Assembly (NCBI GenBank): GCA_963847445.1
Contig: CAWJZV010000030.1
Coordinates: forward strand, 96,001 to 160,000
Origin: an uncultured delta proteobacterium
GTDB taxonomy: Bacteria; Desulfobacterota; Binatia; UBA9968
Length of the DNA: 64,000 bases
Direction: 5' to 3'
This document shows positions 11,395 to 21,692 of this stretch, in pieces (position 1 is the stretch's first letter; the number at the start of each line of letters is the position of its first letter). A program made the position numbers and the translations under genes. The notes beneath the pieces are model-generated. The model saw nothing but the letters and a program-made list of their open reading frames with translations, had not been told where the DNA came from and searched no databases.

Positions 11395-12312
11395 ATGGCG
11401 AGCAATAGACAAATCGAAGGCATTTTGATGCCCATGCCGGTGGCGTTCAAACATGACGGCGCCATCGATCACAAGGCGACCGATGCGATCATCGACTTCT
11501 ACTTGGATGCCGGCGTGCATGGATTTTTTCCCTTGGGCACCCATGGCCAGGGCATGGTCATGGAGATCGACGAGCGCAAGAAAGTCGCCGAGCAGATCGT
11601 CAACCGGGTCAAGGGCCGCGTGCCCGTGGTCATGCATATCGGCACGGCCAACACGCTCTCCTCCATCGAGCTGGCCAAGCATGCCGTCGGCTTAGGCGTC
11701 GACGCCGTCGGCGTCGTGCCGCCCTACTACTATCCCCATGACGACTGGGAAGTTTACGCCCACTACAAAGCGATCGCCCAGTCGGTGCCGGGCACGCCGA
11801 TGTTTATCTACGACAACACCGAAACCACCTGGGTCGAAATCACCCCGGCCAAGGCCAACAAAATCATCGAAGCGATCGCGCCCAATCCATTGGCCGGCAT
11901 CAAAGTGTCTTTCATCGCCTACGACAAACTGCTCGGCTACGTCTATCAATTGCCGAAGACCACCGGCGTCTTTCCCGGCGGGATTTTTTCTCTCTACACC
12001 GGCTACTCCGTCGGCGTGCGCGGCGCGATCCATCCGCCGTCGACGCCGTTTCCCGAGGCCTGCGTGAAAATGTACGAAGCCTCGAAAGCCGACGACCTTA
12101 AGGCCGCGCGCACGGAACATGATTTGCTCACCCGGCTCATGCAGGTGGTCGGCAAATATCTGCGCAGCCATGGCCGCGGCGTCTTCTGCGAGCTGATGAA
12201 GCTGCGCGGTCTGCCGGTGGAACGCTTCCCGCGCTGGGAAACGCCGCCGTTTAGCGACAAAGACCGGGCGGAGTTGAAAGAAGGCTTGGAGAAAGCCGGT
12301 TTCAAGGGATAA
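11395..12312 (+). CDS. Dihydrodipicolinate synthase/N-acetylneuraminate lyase family aldolase
   Basis: [42 protein letters not shown] (Schiff-base Lys); GTTGE motif altered to GTHGQ, so probably not DapA itself. Confidence 0.9.
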   Translation: MASNRQIEGILMPMPVAFKHDGAIDHKATDAIIDFYLDAGVHGFFPLGTHGQGMVMEIDERKKVAEQIVNRVKGRVPVVMHIGTANTLSSIELAKHAVGLGVDAVGVVPPYYYPHDDWEVYAHYKAIAQSVPGTPMFIYDNTETTWVEITPAKANKIIEAIAPNPLAGIKVSFIAYDKLLGYVYQLPKTTGVFPGGIFSLYTGYSVGVRGAIHPPSTPFPEACVKMYEASKADDLKAARTEHDLLTRLMQVVGKYLRSHGRGVFCELMKLRGLPVERFPRWETPPFSDKDRAELKEGLEKAGFKG

Positions 12313-12433
12313 ATCTCCCCTGCCCCTCTTTACAAAAGAGGGGTTTCGGATGTGCATTGCAGCTATGCGAATTTCGTGCGAAGCAAGCGGCAATCTACTT
12401 CCCCCTTTGAAAAAGGGGGACAGAGGGGGATTT
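12311..12433. repeat. Palindromic REP-like element
   Basis: aaatctcccctgcccctctttacaaaagagggg ... cccctttgaaaaagggggacagagggggattt (nested inverted repeats). Confidence 0.7.
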
Positions 12434-12464
12434 TATAGGCCAACGAGTCACGACTAGGACAATC

Positions 12465-13260
12465 ATGGACCAGCAACCTCTAGCATTGGAAATCGGCAAA
12501 AAGCTTTCGCCCAGCGAGGCGAAAGCTTTTACCGACGCCATCAAACAGCGCATGTACGCGCTGTGGGACGAGAAAGATTTTCGGCGGCGCGTTCATGCGC
12601 GATCTCGAAGCCGGCCAGCTGCCCTTCGAGACCCTGAAGCTGTTCTGGCGCAATTGGTACAGCTACCCGGTGGAGGTCAACAATTTTCACTTGATCATCT
12701 ACCAGCGCCACCAGGGCATCTTCGCGCGCCATCGCGACTTGCTCGCGCCCTACGTCGGCAAGATCAGCGACGAGTTGGTCAATCCGAAAATTCCCGGCCA
12801 TATCGAAGTGCTGATCAAACAGGGCGAGCAATTCGGCGTGTCCCTCGACGAAATGATCAACTGCCAAGTCTATGCCGAGTGCCGCGCCCTGACCGAGTTC
12901 GCCCGCGGCTTGGTCTATGAAGGCAGCATGATCGAGTGGTGGGCGCGGTCGCTGAACGAAGAGATGTTCGGCCATTGGGCCAAACGCTGGCGCGAAGCGC
13001 TGCTCGGCAAATATCACGTCAAGGAAGCCGACCTGCATTATTTCGCGGTGCACGAAGAAGCCGACCTGCACGAACATCTGGACGGCCTGATGGCCCATGG
13101 CGAAGTGGCCCGGCAGATCTTCGAGCGCTTGCTGCAGGACGGCAACACTTGGTACCGCCCCGGCTGGGGACCGGAGTATTGCTGCCTGACCAATGCCGAA
13201 TGCGTCGCCATGTTCCACGACGGCATCTATAAACATGCGCAGGAGCTAGGACACTTTTAA
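12465..13260 (+). CDS. Heme-oxygenase-like fold protein (TenA/PqqC/CADD-like putative diiron oxidase; one indel near 12580)
   Basis: FMRDLEAGQLPFETL, DELVNPKIPGH, NEE, YFAVHEEADLHEH resembling the CADD HEEADxxH metal motif. Confidence 0.75.
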
Positions 13261-13271
13261 GAGAATACGAA

Positions 13272-13354
13272 TTCACCACGAAGGCACGAAGAGCACGAAG
13301 GTTCGGAGTAACTATTCTCCGAAACCTTCGTGCCCTTCGTGCCTTCGTGGTGAA
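13272..13354. repeat. Long inverted repeat of CACGAAG units (REP-like hairpin)
   Basis: ttcaccacgaaggcacgaagagcacgaaggttcggag / ctccgaaaccttcgtgcccttcgtgccttcgtggtgaa. Confidence 0.8.
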
Positions 13355-13380
13355 ACAATCTTTCCCACGAAAGCATAACC

Positions 13381-14830
13381 ATGCCGATCAACGATCTACG
13401 GGAATTTATCGACGCCGCGCGCAAGCTCGGCGAGGTTAAGGATATTCACGGCGCCCATTGGGAATTGGAGATCGGCGCGCTCACCGAGTTGTTCGCTTTC
13501 AAAGAACCATCGCCCCTGGTGCTTTTCGATCAAGTGCCCGGCTACGCGCCCAACTTTCGCGTCGCCTCGAACTTAATCAACACGCCGTCGCGTTCGAGTC
13601 TCACCGTCGGCATGCCGCCGAATGCCCGGCCCATCGAACTCATCGCCAAATGGAAAGAGCTGCTCAAGGGCGTGAAACCGGTGCCGCCGCGGGTAGTCAC
13701 GCATGGACCGATTTTAGAGAACGTCAAAGACCGGCGCCGACGTCGACATGACGATTTTTCCGACACCGCACTGGCATGAACTCGACGGCGGGCGCTACAT
13801 CGGCACCGCCGATTGCGTCATTACCGGCGAGCCCGAAGAAGGCGGCTGGGTCAACGTCGGCATCTATCGCGTGCAGATTCACGACAAGAACACTCTCGGC
13901 CTTTATGTCTCGCCTGGCCATCATGCGCGCATCATGCGCGAGAAATACTGGGAGCAAGGTAAAAGCTGTCCGGTGGTCGTTACCTTCGGCCAAGACCCAC
14001 TGCTATTTTTAGTCGCTGGACAATCGATGCCCTACGGCCTGTCCGAGTTCGATTATTACGGCGGCCTGCGCGGCGCGCCGATCGACGTGATTCGCGGCGA
14101 ACTCACCGGCTTGCCGATTCCCGCTCACGCCGAGATCGCCATCGAAGGCGAAGTGCCGCCGCCGCAAGAACAGATGCAGATGGAAGGTCCGTTCGGCGAG
14201 TGGCCCGGTTACTACGCCCATGGCGCGGCCAAAGAACCGGTGATCCGGGTCAAGAGAGTCTACTATCGCAACGATCCGATCCTCTGTGGCGCGCCGCCGC
14301 TGAAACCGCCCTTCGTCACCTTCGGCGTGCCCATTGGCGCCGCGGCGATTTGGAACTATTTGGAAAAAGCCGATGTCCCGGACATCAAGGGCGTCTGGTG
14401 TGCCATCGGCAGCTCGGCGGCCGCCGGCGGTGCGCCGTTTATCATCGTCTCGGTGAAGCAGCGCTATCACGGCCACGCGCAACAGGCAGGACTCGCCGCG
14501 CTGGCCTCACGCGGCGGCAACTATCATGGCCGCTTCGTCATCGTCGTCGATGACGACATCGATCCGTCCGATATGAAAGATGTGATCTGGGCGGTGTCGA
14601 CCCGCTGCGATCCCAAGACCGCCATCAGCATCATCGACGGCTGCTGGAGCACGCCGCTCGATCCGGCGATGCACCCCGACCAACGCGACGCCGGCAACTT
14701 CGTCAACAGCCGGGCGGTGCTCAACGCTTGCCGTCCCTACGCCTGGCGCGACCGCTTCCCGCCGGTCAACGCGCTCAGCCCTGAGCTTAAACAGAAGATC
14801 ACCGAAAAATGGAAAAATGAACTGGCGTAA
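13381..14830 (+). CDS. UbiD-family (prFMN-dependent) decarboxylase #1 (one indel near 13730)
   Basis: DLREFI, DGGRYIGT, NVGIYRVQ, EGPFGEWPGYY, IVVDDDIDP..DVIWAVSTR. Confidence 0.95.
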
Positions 14831-14919
14831 AAATACCCCGGCTCTTAATGCGCCGCCGCCGTTGCTCCCTGATGTGGCCCGTCGGGGTCGCGCCATTAGC
14901 TAATCGCGGAGTACCTACC

Positions 14920-16053
14920 ATGATCAATGGATATAAAATCTTTGACGCCGACGCCCATGTGATGATGGGCCCAAAGATGTGGGAAGATTTACCCAAGGAA
15001 TATGCGCCGCGCCGGCCAAGGCCGTTAGAACTTGCCGACAGCGCGGGTGCGGGAATTCGCCGCACCGGTTGGCTCATCGAAGGACGCATGGAGCCCCACG
15101 CCTACGGCCCCGGCGCCCAAGGCGCCAATACGCCAACTACGGTCATGGCGGAATTCGGCGCCGCGCCATCCACCCTGGGCTCGCTGGATATTTCCGAACC
15201 CGACAAACGTCTGCGCGATCTCGACATCCTCGGCATCGACGCGCAGCTACTCTTCCCATCGAGTCTTTACGCCTGCATGGGCGCCGATCCGTTTTTCGAA
15301 GCCGCGATGTTTCGCGCTTACAACCGCTACGCCGGCCGCCAGTGCAGAGTCAATTCGAAACGCTTGAAGTGGGCTGGTCTACTACCGCTGCGCGATAGCC
15401 GTGAAGCCATCGAGGCGCTCCGTGAAATGCAGGAACTCGGCGCCAGCACCGCCGTGGTGTTCGGCACCGTCGGCGAGCGGCTGCTATCGCACAAGAGTTT
15501 CACGCCGATCTGGGACGAATTCGCCCGCACCGGTTTACCGTTGTGCGTACATATGGGCCGCAGCTACCCGCCCTTCGATCAATTGGTAGAGACCAGACTG
15601 GAAGCCCATGTCATCGCCATGGGCATGCCGGCGCAGCTAGGCTTCGTCGCTCTGGTTGCCCAGGGCATGCTCGACCGTTATCAAAATCTCAAAGTCGCTT
15701 TCTTGGAGTTTGGCGCCGAGTGGCTGTTCTACGTGGTTGGCCGGTTGGCTCACTACCTGCCGAGTTACCGCAGCGACCCCACCGTGCGCGCCATGGGCAG
15801 ATTGCCAGAAAAAGCCATCGAAGAATATTTGACCTCGGGCCGCTTCTTCATCGCCCCTGAAGCCGACGACCCGCTGCTGCCGCAGGAAATCGCCCTGGTC
15901 GGCGCCGAGCATATCCTGTTCTCATCGGACTACCCCCATGGCGAAGGCCGCGATAACGCCGCCAGCGAAATATTGCAGCGCGGCGATCTCACCGACGGGC
16001 AAAAACGCAGCATCCTGTTCGACAACACCGTACGCTTTTGCGGCGCTCCCTAG
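14920..16053 (+). CDS. Amidohydrolase_2 family protein (decarboxylase/hydratase-like)
   Basis: DADAH, RLRDLDILGID, RAYNR, LCVH, LKVAFLEFGAEW, FSSDYPH. Confidence 0.9.
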   Translation: MINGYKIFDADAHVMMGPKMWEDLPKEYAPRRPRPLELADSAGAGIRRTGWLIEGRMEPHAYGPGAQGANTPTTVMAEFGAAPSTLGSLDISEPDKRLRDLDILGIDAQLLFPSSLYACMGADPFFEAAMFRAYNRYAGRQCRVNSKRLKWAGLLPLRDSREAIEALREMQELGASTAVVFGTVGERLLSHKSFTPIWDEFARTGLPLCVHMGRSYPPFDQLVETRLEAHVIAMGMPAQLGFVALVAQGMLDRYQNLKVAFLEFGAEWLFYVVGRLAHYLPSYRSDPTVRAMGRLPEKAIEEYLTSGRFFIAPEADDPLLPQEIALVGAEHILFSSDYPHGEGRDNAASEILQRGDLTDGQKRSILFDNTVRFCGAP

Positions 16054-16091
16054 TCGCCGTTTTGACGACGGCTCGCTCCGGCCGGGTAGAG

Positions 16092-16559
16092 TCATCCCTG
16101 GCTACGCGGACGGATGCGCAGAGGTCGCACTCTTTGGCGTGATAGACGCGCGCTCCCTTTCCATTCTCGCCCGCTTTTCAGCTTGCGTTTAATATTCCGC
16201 CGGCCGCCCAGTTCCGACTCGGCCAAGGGTTGGTTTTCCGCAGGCGGCGCTGACTCCCCACCCGTGAGTATGCCGCGGCGAATGTAGCTCGGATCCAGAC
16301 GCAAGGTCTCGCAGATATTCTGAAATGAAAATGGCTGGTTTTCATTGCCAGCGAAAAGCCAGGTCTTGGCGTCTTGATACAATCGGATAGCCGATGCTGC
16401 TCGCGACTTTCGATACTTCCAAAAACACTCGATGGCGTCGCTAAGCACGGCGATCATAAGCTCCCGCTCCGCGCTCACTGGGCCATTAGGACTGCTCACT
16501 CCGAAAAATGCTTCAGCGACGATGGGATCGACGCTCACCATTTTGCCAGTCTGGTTCAT
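16092..16559 (-). CDS. Conserved hypothetical protein, possible helix-turn-helix DNA-binding protein
   Basis: GAGGAAG ribosome-binding site; ERELMIAVLSDAIECFWKY...AKTWLF...FSFQNICETLRLDPSYIRRGI; Arg/Lys-rich tail. Confidence 0.75.
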   Translation of the reverse strand: MNQTGKMVSVDPIVAEAFFGVSSPNGPVSAERELMIAVLSDAIECFWKYRKSRAASAIRLYQDAKTWLFAGNENQPFSFQNICETLRLDPSYIRRGILTGGESAPPAENQPLAESELGGRRNIKRKLKSGREWKGSARLSRQRVRPLRIRPRSQG

Positions 16560-16660
16560 TGCTCTTCCTCATGCGCGTATTCACCGCAGGATCGGTGCAA
16601 CCGCTCTCACGCCCCTATTAATGATTCGAAGCCAACGACAATCGCTGGTCCGAGCCGGAC

Positions 16661-17019
16661 TCAGACAACTGCTTGAGGAGGAGGAGCCCGGCTGGAATGG
16701 AGCCCCACTAAGGGAGAACGAATGACTTCATAGGACCGAGGGAGGATAATGAAACACAGATAAAACCAGGCGGTAAATATGCCGCTACCCAGCCGCCAGA
16801 GCAGGCTGGAATCAGATCGACTAAACCGCTCCGCGTATGGTTTGGTAGCTTAAATACCTTCGCGCTGAAAAGCCGCGCACCTTTGACGGGGTATTGGTCA
16901 TCGAGCGCCGGTTGGCCGAGCAGCTGCGAGATGAGCAGTAACGGCAGTAAATATAAGAGACTGCGAAGGATCAGGCGCGAAAACTTGTTTATCCGCTGAT
17001 TTGCACCTGGAACATTCAT
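16661..17019 (-). CDS. Putative membrane-targeted upstream ORF with C-terminal RAPP arrest motif (needs one indel near 16730-16770)
   Basis: N-terminal hydrophobic segment LILRSLLYLLPLLLISQLL; adjacent frame reads ...YEVIRSPLVGLHSSRAPPPQAVV* (RAPP at 16690-16679, TGA at 16663-16661). Confidence 0.6.
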
Positions 17020-17028
17020 GCGCGACAG

Positions 17029-17057
17029 ACCCTATACGAGAGAAATCGCGCGGTCAA
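17029..17057 (-). promoter_or_regulatory. sigma70-like promoter just upstream of the RAPP upstream ORF (near-leaderless)
   Basis: TTGACC-N17-TAGGGT on the minus strand, ending about 10 nt before ATG 17019. Confidence 0.45.
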
Positions 17058-17262
17058 GCAGCGTGGCATCTTAGTGGGTTGGCAAAGCTACGACCGCGGT
17101 TGACCGGGAAAGATCCCGTAGCGCTGGCAGTTTGCCTTGCTGCTTGGCAAGGGATTTACAGCAACATTCCACCTACGTGATCGTCTGCAAGCTGTTACAG
17201 TCTCTGAAGTGGTCGCCCGCGCTCGCTTCATGACCTGCTGATTGGCGACAGCTGAGCGCAGC

Positions 17263-19011
17263 CTATTCCCGCACCCCGACCTGACCGCCGAGCGCGCGGG
17301 CGCAGAGTGCCGCGCCAACGACCAAACCGACAATGATCACCGCGACCACCGTGGCTTTTTCGAACTCGGCGCCGGCGGCGAAATCGAGCATGAGCAACGA
17401 CAGCGTCCGCGACTTGCCGGAACCGAGCAAGACGACCGTGCTGATGTCCCGAGCGGCGGAAATAAAACCAACCAGGGCGACGGTAATCATGGCCGGCATG
17501 ATCAGCGGTAAAATGACCCGCCGGAAGGTATCGAACCAGGTGGCGCCGCAGACTTTCGAGGCTTCTTCGAGATCGCTGCCGAGCTGAATCAACACGCTTT
17601 TAATCATCTGCGCGCCGAAGGGCATGCTCTTGATCACCATAGCGATCATCAGAATATAAATCGTGCCGTAGATCGGCAGAAATATCCTGGTCTGGAGAAA
17701 GGTCCAGAGTAGCGCGATGCCCAAAAGAATCCCCGGCACCGACCAGGGGAGCCAGGAGAGAAAATCGAGCAGGCCGCGGCCGGTGTGACGGGTTTTGACC
17801 ACCACATAGGCGATCAGAGAATAGAAAAACACCCCGACCAACCCGGAACCGAAACCGATCGCCAAAGTATTCCACAGCGAGCGTAACAACACCGGATCGC
17901 TCAGCGTGGCGCGCCAGTTGTCCAAGGTCCAGGGATCGGCGATGTTGAAGAAGCCGAACAACTTCATGAACGTGCCCAGGAGCAACAACGTGGTTGGCAC
18001 CAGGGTGATGAACACCGCGAAGAGCAGCACCATGGCAAAGGCCGGCCAGCGCCACTTGCCGAGGGGAGTGGGCCGGATGGTAAAGCCGCGCCCGGTAATC
18101 GTCTCATAACTGCGCTTGCCGATATACTTGCGTTGCAGCGCGACCATCAGCAACAGCGCGCCGAGGAAGACCGTGCTGAGCGCCATCGCCGGCGCGAATT
18201 GCGGCGGCTCCCAGGTCACCAACTCGTGAATCTTCGTCGAGTAGACTTGCAGGCCAATGGGCGTGCCGAGCAGGAGCTCGATCTCGAAGGCTTCCAACGA
18301 GCGGATCAAACCCAAGATCGTCGTCACCAGGATCGCCGGCATCATCACCGGTATGACGATGCGAAAAAACGTCCGGACGCCGCTCGCGCCGGAAATCTTC
18401 GACGCCTCCTCGAGCACCGCGTCGAGATTGCGAAACGCCGGCGCCAGTAGCATCACCTTGACGCTCACGGTGCCGCCCATATGCGCCCAGACGATGCCCC
18501 AGAAAGAATAGATGTTGAAAATCGGTTGGCTCAGAATGCCGAGGCTGATCAGTCCCTGATTCATCAGTCCGTACTTGGGATCGAGCAGCAGTATCCAACC
18601 CATGGTTTCCGGCAAGGCCGGCAGAAAAAACGACAGCCAGAAAAAAAACTCTAAGGTCCCTTTCATCGGAATGTCGGTACGAGCGATCAGCCAAGCGAAG
18701 AACGCGCCGATCAGCAGCGCAATCGCTTGGCGGGTAAACGCCAACGTGACCGTGTTGGTCATCGCCTGGACGATGCCGGGCGTGGTAAAAGCTTTGATCC
18801 AGCCGTCGATGCCCCAAACAATCGGCTGGCCGGGGCGAGCGGTTTGAAAACTATTGAGGATCATCAGAAACAGCGGTGTCAGAACCAGAAAACCGACAAT
18901 CAAAATCAGCAAGATGATCGTCAACGGCGGCATCTGAAACCTGCGTTTGAAAGATGCCGGAGCCGCGGCAAAAGCCATGGGCTGGTCTATCGATTGTGAT
19001 TTTTCACTCAT
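17263..19011 (-). CDS. ABC transporter permease, FbpB/ThiP-type (two fused TM domains)
   Basis: Many TM helices; two EAA loops (LEEASKISGAS, LEEASKVCGAT). Confidence 0.93.
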   Translation of the reverse strand: MSEKSQSIDQPMAFAAAPASFKRRFQMPPLTIILLILIVGFLVLTPLFLMILNSFQTARPGQPIVWGIDGWIKAFTTPGIVQAMTNTVTLAFTRQAIALLIGAFFAWLIARTDIPMKGTLEFFFWLSFFLPALPETMGWILLLDPKYGLMNQGLISLGILSQPIFNIYSFWGIVWAHMGGTVSVKVMLLAPAFRNLDAVLEEASKISGASGVRTFFRIVIPVMMPAILVTTILGLIRSLEAFEIELLLGTPIGLQVYSTKIHELVTWEPPQFAPAMALSTVFLGALLLMVALQRKYIGKRSYETITGRGFTIRPTPLGKWRWPAFAMVLLFAVFITLVPTTLLLLGTFMKLFGFFNIADPWTLDNWRATLSDPVLLRSLWNTLAIGFGSGLVGVFFYSLIAYVVVKTRHTGRGLLDFLSWLPWSVPGILLGIALLWTFLQTRIFLPIYGTIYILMIAMVIKSMPFGAQMIKSVLIQLGSDLEEASKVCGATWFDTFRRVILPLIMPAMITVALVGFISAARDISTVVLLGSGKSRTLSLLMLDFAAGAEFEKATVVAVIIVGLVVGAALCARALGGQVGVRE

Positions 19012-19059
19012 GGGCAAGCTTAAGCGTTTGCGCTGTTATACGAGGGCCGGCGAAAATCG

Positions 19060-20205
19060 TCAATCGTCATTGGCCGCTGCATCGTAATTCATATCCAGCG
19101 CGATGCCCTTCCGCGCCAACTCGGCTTCGTAGGTTTGCCGGATGGAGGGATCCTCGTCCTCATATTCGATCAGCGTGCCGCCCTGTTTGACCGATGTGTA
19201 AACGCCGGCGCGGATCGCCGCGACCCGGATGCCCAGGGGAAACTTCTGGCTGCCGCAGCGCAGCGCCAGCTGCAGCGCTCGCTCCGGCCCGGTATTAAAA
19301 TGTTGATGGAACCAATTGGTCGGCGGGCAGAAAACGCTGCCCGGCACCCAGTCGACGCGCACCACTTGAGCGCCGAAACCGTTTTCATAGGGCTTGGTGC
19401 CCAAATGGTTGGGCCACATGAGCGAATAGCCTTGCGAGCGCAGGATCAGCAATACCGCGCCGCCGCCGTGAAAATGCGCCTTGTGGTAGCGCCCCACCGG
19501 CCACTCGGCGAGATGGCCGATCAAAATATTATTGGCAATCTCAAACTGGGTGATATTGACCCCGGCGCCCTTCTGTTCTTGAGCGTCGATTTGCGCAAGC
19601 CGCGCATCGGCAATGAAGTTAGTCTCCCAAATCCACTGGCGATTGTTCGACGCCAGATAACGTTCGACACCGGGATCGAAGTAGCCGGCTTCGCCGTCAT
19701 AGCGATCGTTAAAAGCAAATTCGCTGTTAAAAATAAACTCTTCGTTGTGATAATGATCGAGCGCCATGGGCGCGGTGGTGACGGCGAGAAACAACGCCGG
19801 CTCGCTGCCCTGGTTCATCAGTCGATGCAGCACATTCATCGGCGGCGAAAACAGACTGCCGGTTTGCCATGAAATCGACTGCGGCACATGGTTGCGCTGT
19901 TGGATCTCCGCCACTCCTTGGCCTTGGAGAATGTAGATCACCTTCTCATACAAATGACGTTCGGGCGTGCTGGCGGCGCCCGGCGCAAGCTTGCCGACAT
20001 ACACGCCGGTAATCCCTTCCAGGCCGCGCAGCTGCAAATAAGCGCCGTCGCAGCCCAATCGTTTCCAAGCCTTGAGATGGAGATTGCCGACGTCGGTGAC
20101 GCCAAACCCCTCGACCACCGGTACGCCCTCTTTTTCCATGAAGCGCTCGTAATAAGTTCGCTGCCGCGCCCGCGCCGATTGAATGTTCCGAACGTTAGAA
20201 TCCAT
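19060..20205 (-). CDS. Bicupin protein #1 (gentisate-dioxygenase-like fold)
   Basis: ERHLYEK...FSPPMNVLHRL; GHLAEWPVGRYHKAHFHGGGA; PPTNWFHQHFN. Confidence 0.85.
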   Translation of the reverse strand: MDSNVRNIQSARARQRTYYERFMEKEGVPVVEGFGVTDVGNLHLKAWKRLGCDGAYLQLRGLEGITGVYVGKLAPGAASTPERHLYEKVIYILQGQGVAEIQQRNHVPQSISWQTGSLFSPPMNVLHRLMNQGSEPALFLAVTTAPMALDHYHNEEFIFNSEFAFNDRYDGEAGYFDPGVERYLASNNRQWIWETNFIADARLAQIDAQEQKGAGVNITQFEIANNILIGHLAEWPVGRYHKAHFHGGGAVLLILRSQGYSLMWPNHLGTKPYENGFGAQVVRVDWVPGSVFCPPTNWFHQHFNTGPERALQLALRCGSQKFPLGIRVAAIRAGVYTSVKQGGTLIEYEDEDPSIRQTYEAELARKGIALDMNYDAAANDD

Positions 20206-21665
20206 ACTCCCTCCATCTCCGTTTAACGGTAGCCGCCATCTCAGCGGAGATGGTCGTTCCCAGCGGCGGATAGCGATTGCCGCCATATTGCTCCTGTGGT
20301 TCCAACGCCCAATTGATCGTCGCGTCGATCAACACCCGGGTCCACAGGCCATGGCCGTATTTGACCGAATTGCGGTCGGCGAGCGGCACGCTGGGATCGA
20401 GCATCGAGCCTGAAGAACCGGCAAACGTCGTGATATCGCCCAGGCCGGCATTGACCCGATAGCAGAGCGCCCACTCCAGCGCCTCGCCATCGTGAATATC
20501 GATATCGTCGTCGACGACGATCAGATGCTTGCCGGCGTAGTTGCCCAAATGACTGCCCCACAATGCGGCGGCCACCTGCTGGGCGTGGCCGCGGTGAGTC
20601 TTATGAATCTGGATGCGCAGCATCTCCGGCCATTTGCCGCGCCAGACGCCGGTGATATTCGGCACCCCCGCCTGTTCGAGGGTATGCCAGGCCATCGCCG
20701 AGAATGTCGCCGGCGTCCAGGTGCTGCACTCGTTGGTGCGCCCAGGACTGGCGCCCGTCAAGCAGCCATGAAAGATCGGATCGTTGCGGTAGGTGATGCA
20801 GGTCACCTGGATCGTATGCTTGGGCGACTTGCTGCCGCCGTAGTAGCCGGGGTATTCGCTGAACGGACCTTCTAGTGTGAAGGTACTCGGGATCCGGCGA
20901 AATAAATCCCTCCAGAACGATCTCCGCCGAGGCTGGCACCAGCAGATCGTTGGTCTCGCATTTGACCAGTTCCACCGGCGCGCGCCGCAGCGAGCCCGCC
21001 ATGTCATATTCGGGATGAATCACCGGCGTCGATGCGGCGATGAACAAGGACTGATCCCAACCCAACACCACCGCCACCGGCATGGGCTGATTGCGGCTGC
21101 GCTGTTTGGTAAAGTGCACGCCCCAGCCTTGAGTCGTCGCCAACAGCACGCCAATGGTGTTTTTCGTGCCGATCATGCCGCGGTAGGTGCCGACATTGAG
21201 CGTGCCGTTGTCGGGGTCGCGGCTGACGACGCTGCCGGACGTCATGATGTAACGGCCGCCGTCGAGGGGATTCCACTTGGGCACCGGCAGTTGATAGAGA
21301 TCGACATCGTCGCCTTTGACGATGTTTTCTTTCACCGGCCCCGTGCTCACCGTCACCGGCGGCAGCGGCTTGGCGAAGCGCTCTTTGAACACGCGGACAA
21401 TCTCAGCATCCGCAGTGGTATCCGCCACGCCGAGGATCCAACACATGCGCTTCTTGCTGCCGGTGCCATTGGTAAACAGCCGGCGGCACAAGGTATTCTT
21501 ATGGCCGGTGATATTCTCGAACAGCAGCGCCGGGCCATATTGGCTCGACACCTCGCGGGTGATCGCGCCCAACTCCTCGTTCCAGTCGACTTCAGCTTTG
21601 ATTCGCTGGAGCTCGTTGCGTTCTTCCAGATCGTCGATGAAGTCGCGTAGATCTCGTCCGGCCAT
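20195..21665 (-). CDS. UbiD-family decarboxylase #2 (one indel)
   Basis: DLRDFI, DGGRYI, NVGTYRG, EGPFSEYPGYY, IVVDDDID. Confidence 0.93.
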
Positions 21666-21692
21666 TTAAATAACTCCCATCGGCAATGACGC

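Noticed and set aside
17120-17165. sigma54-like TGGCA...TTGC on the plus strand
   Set aside because: GG-GC spacing is 11 rather than 10, and no plus-strand gene follows.
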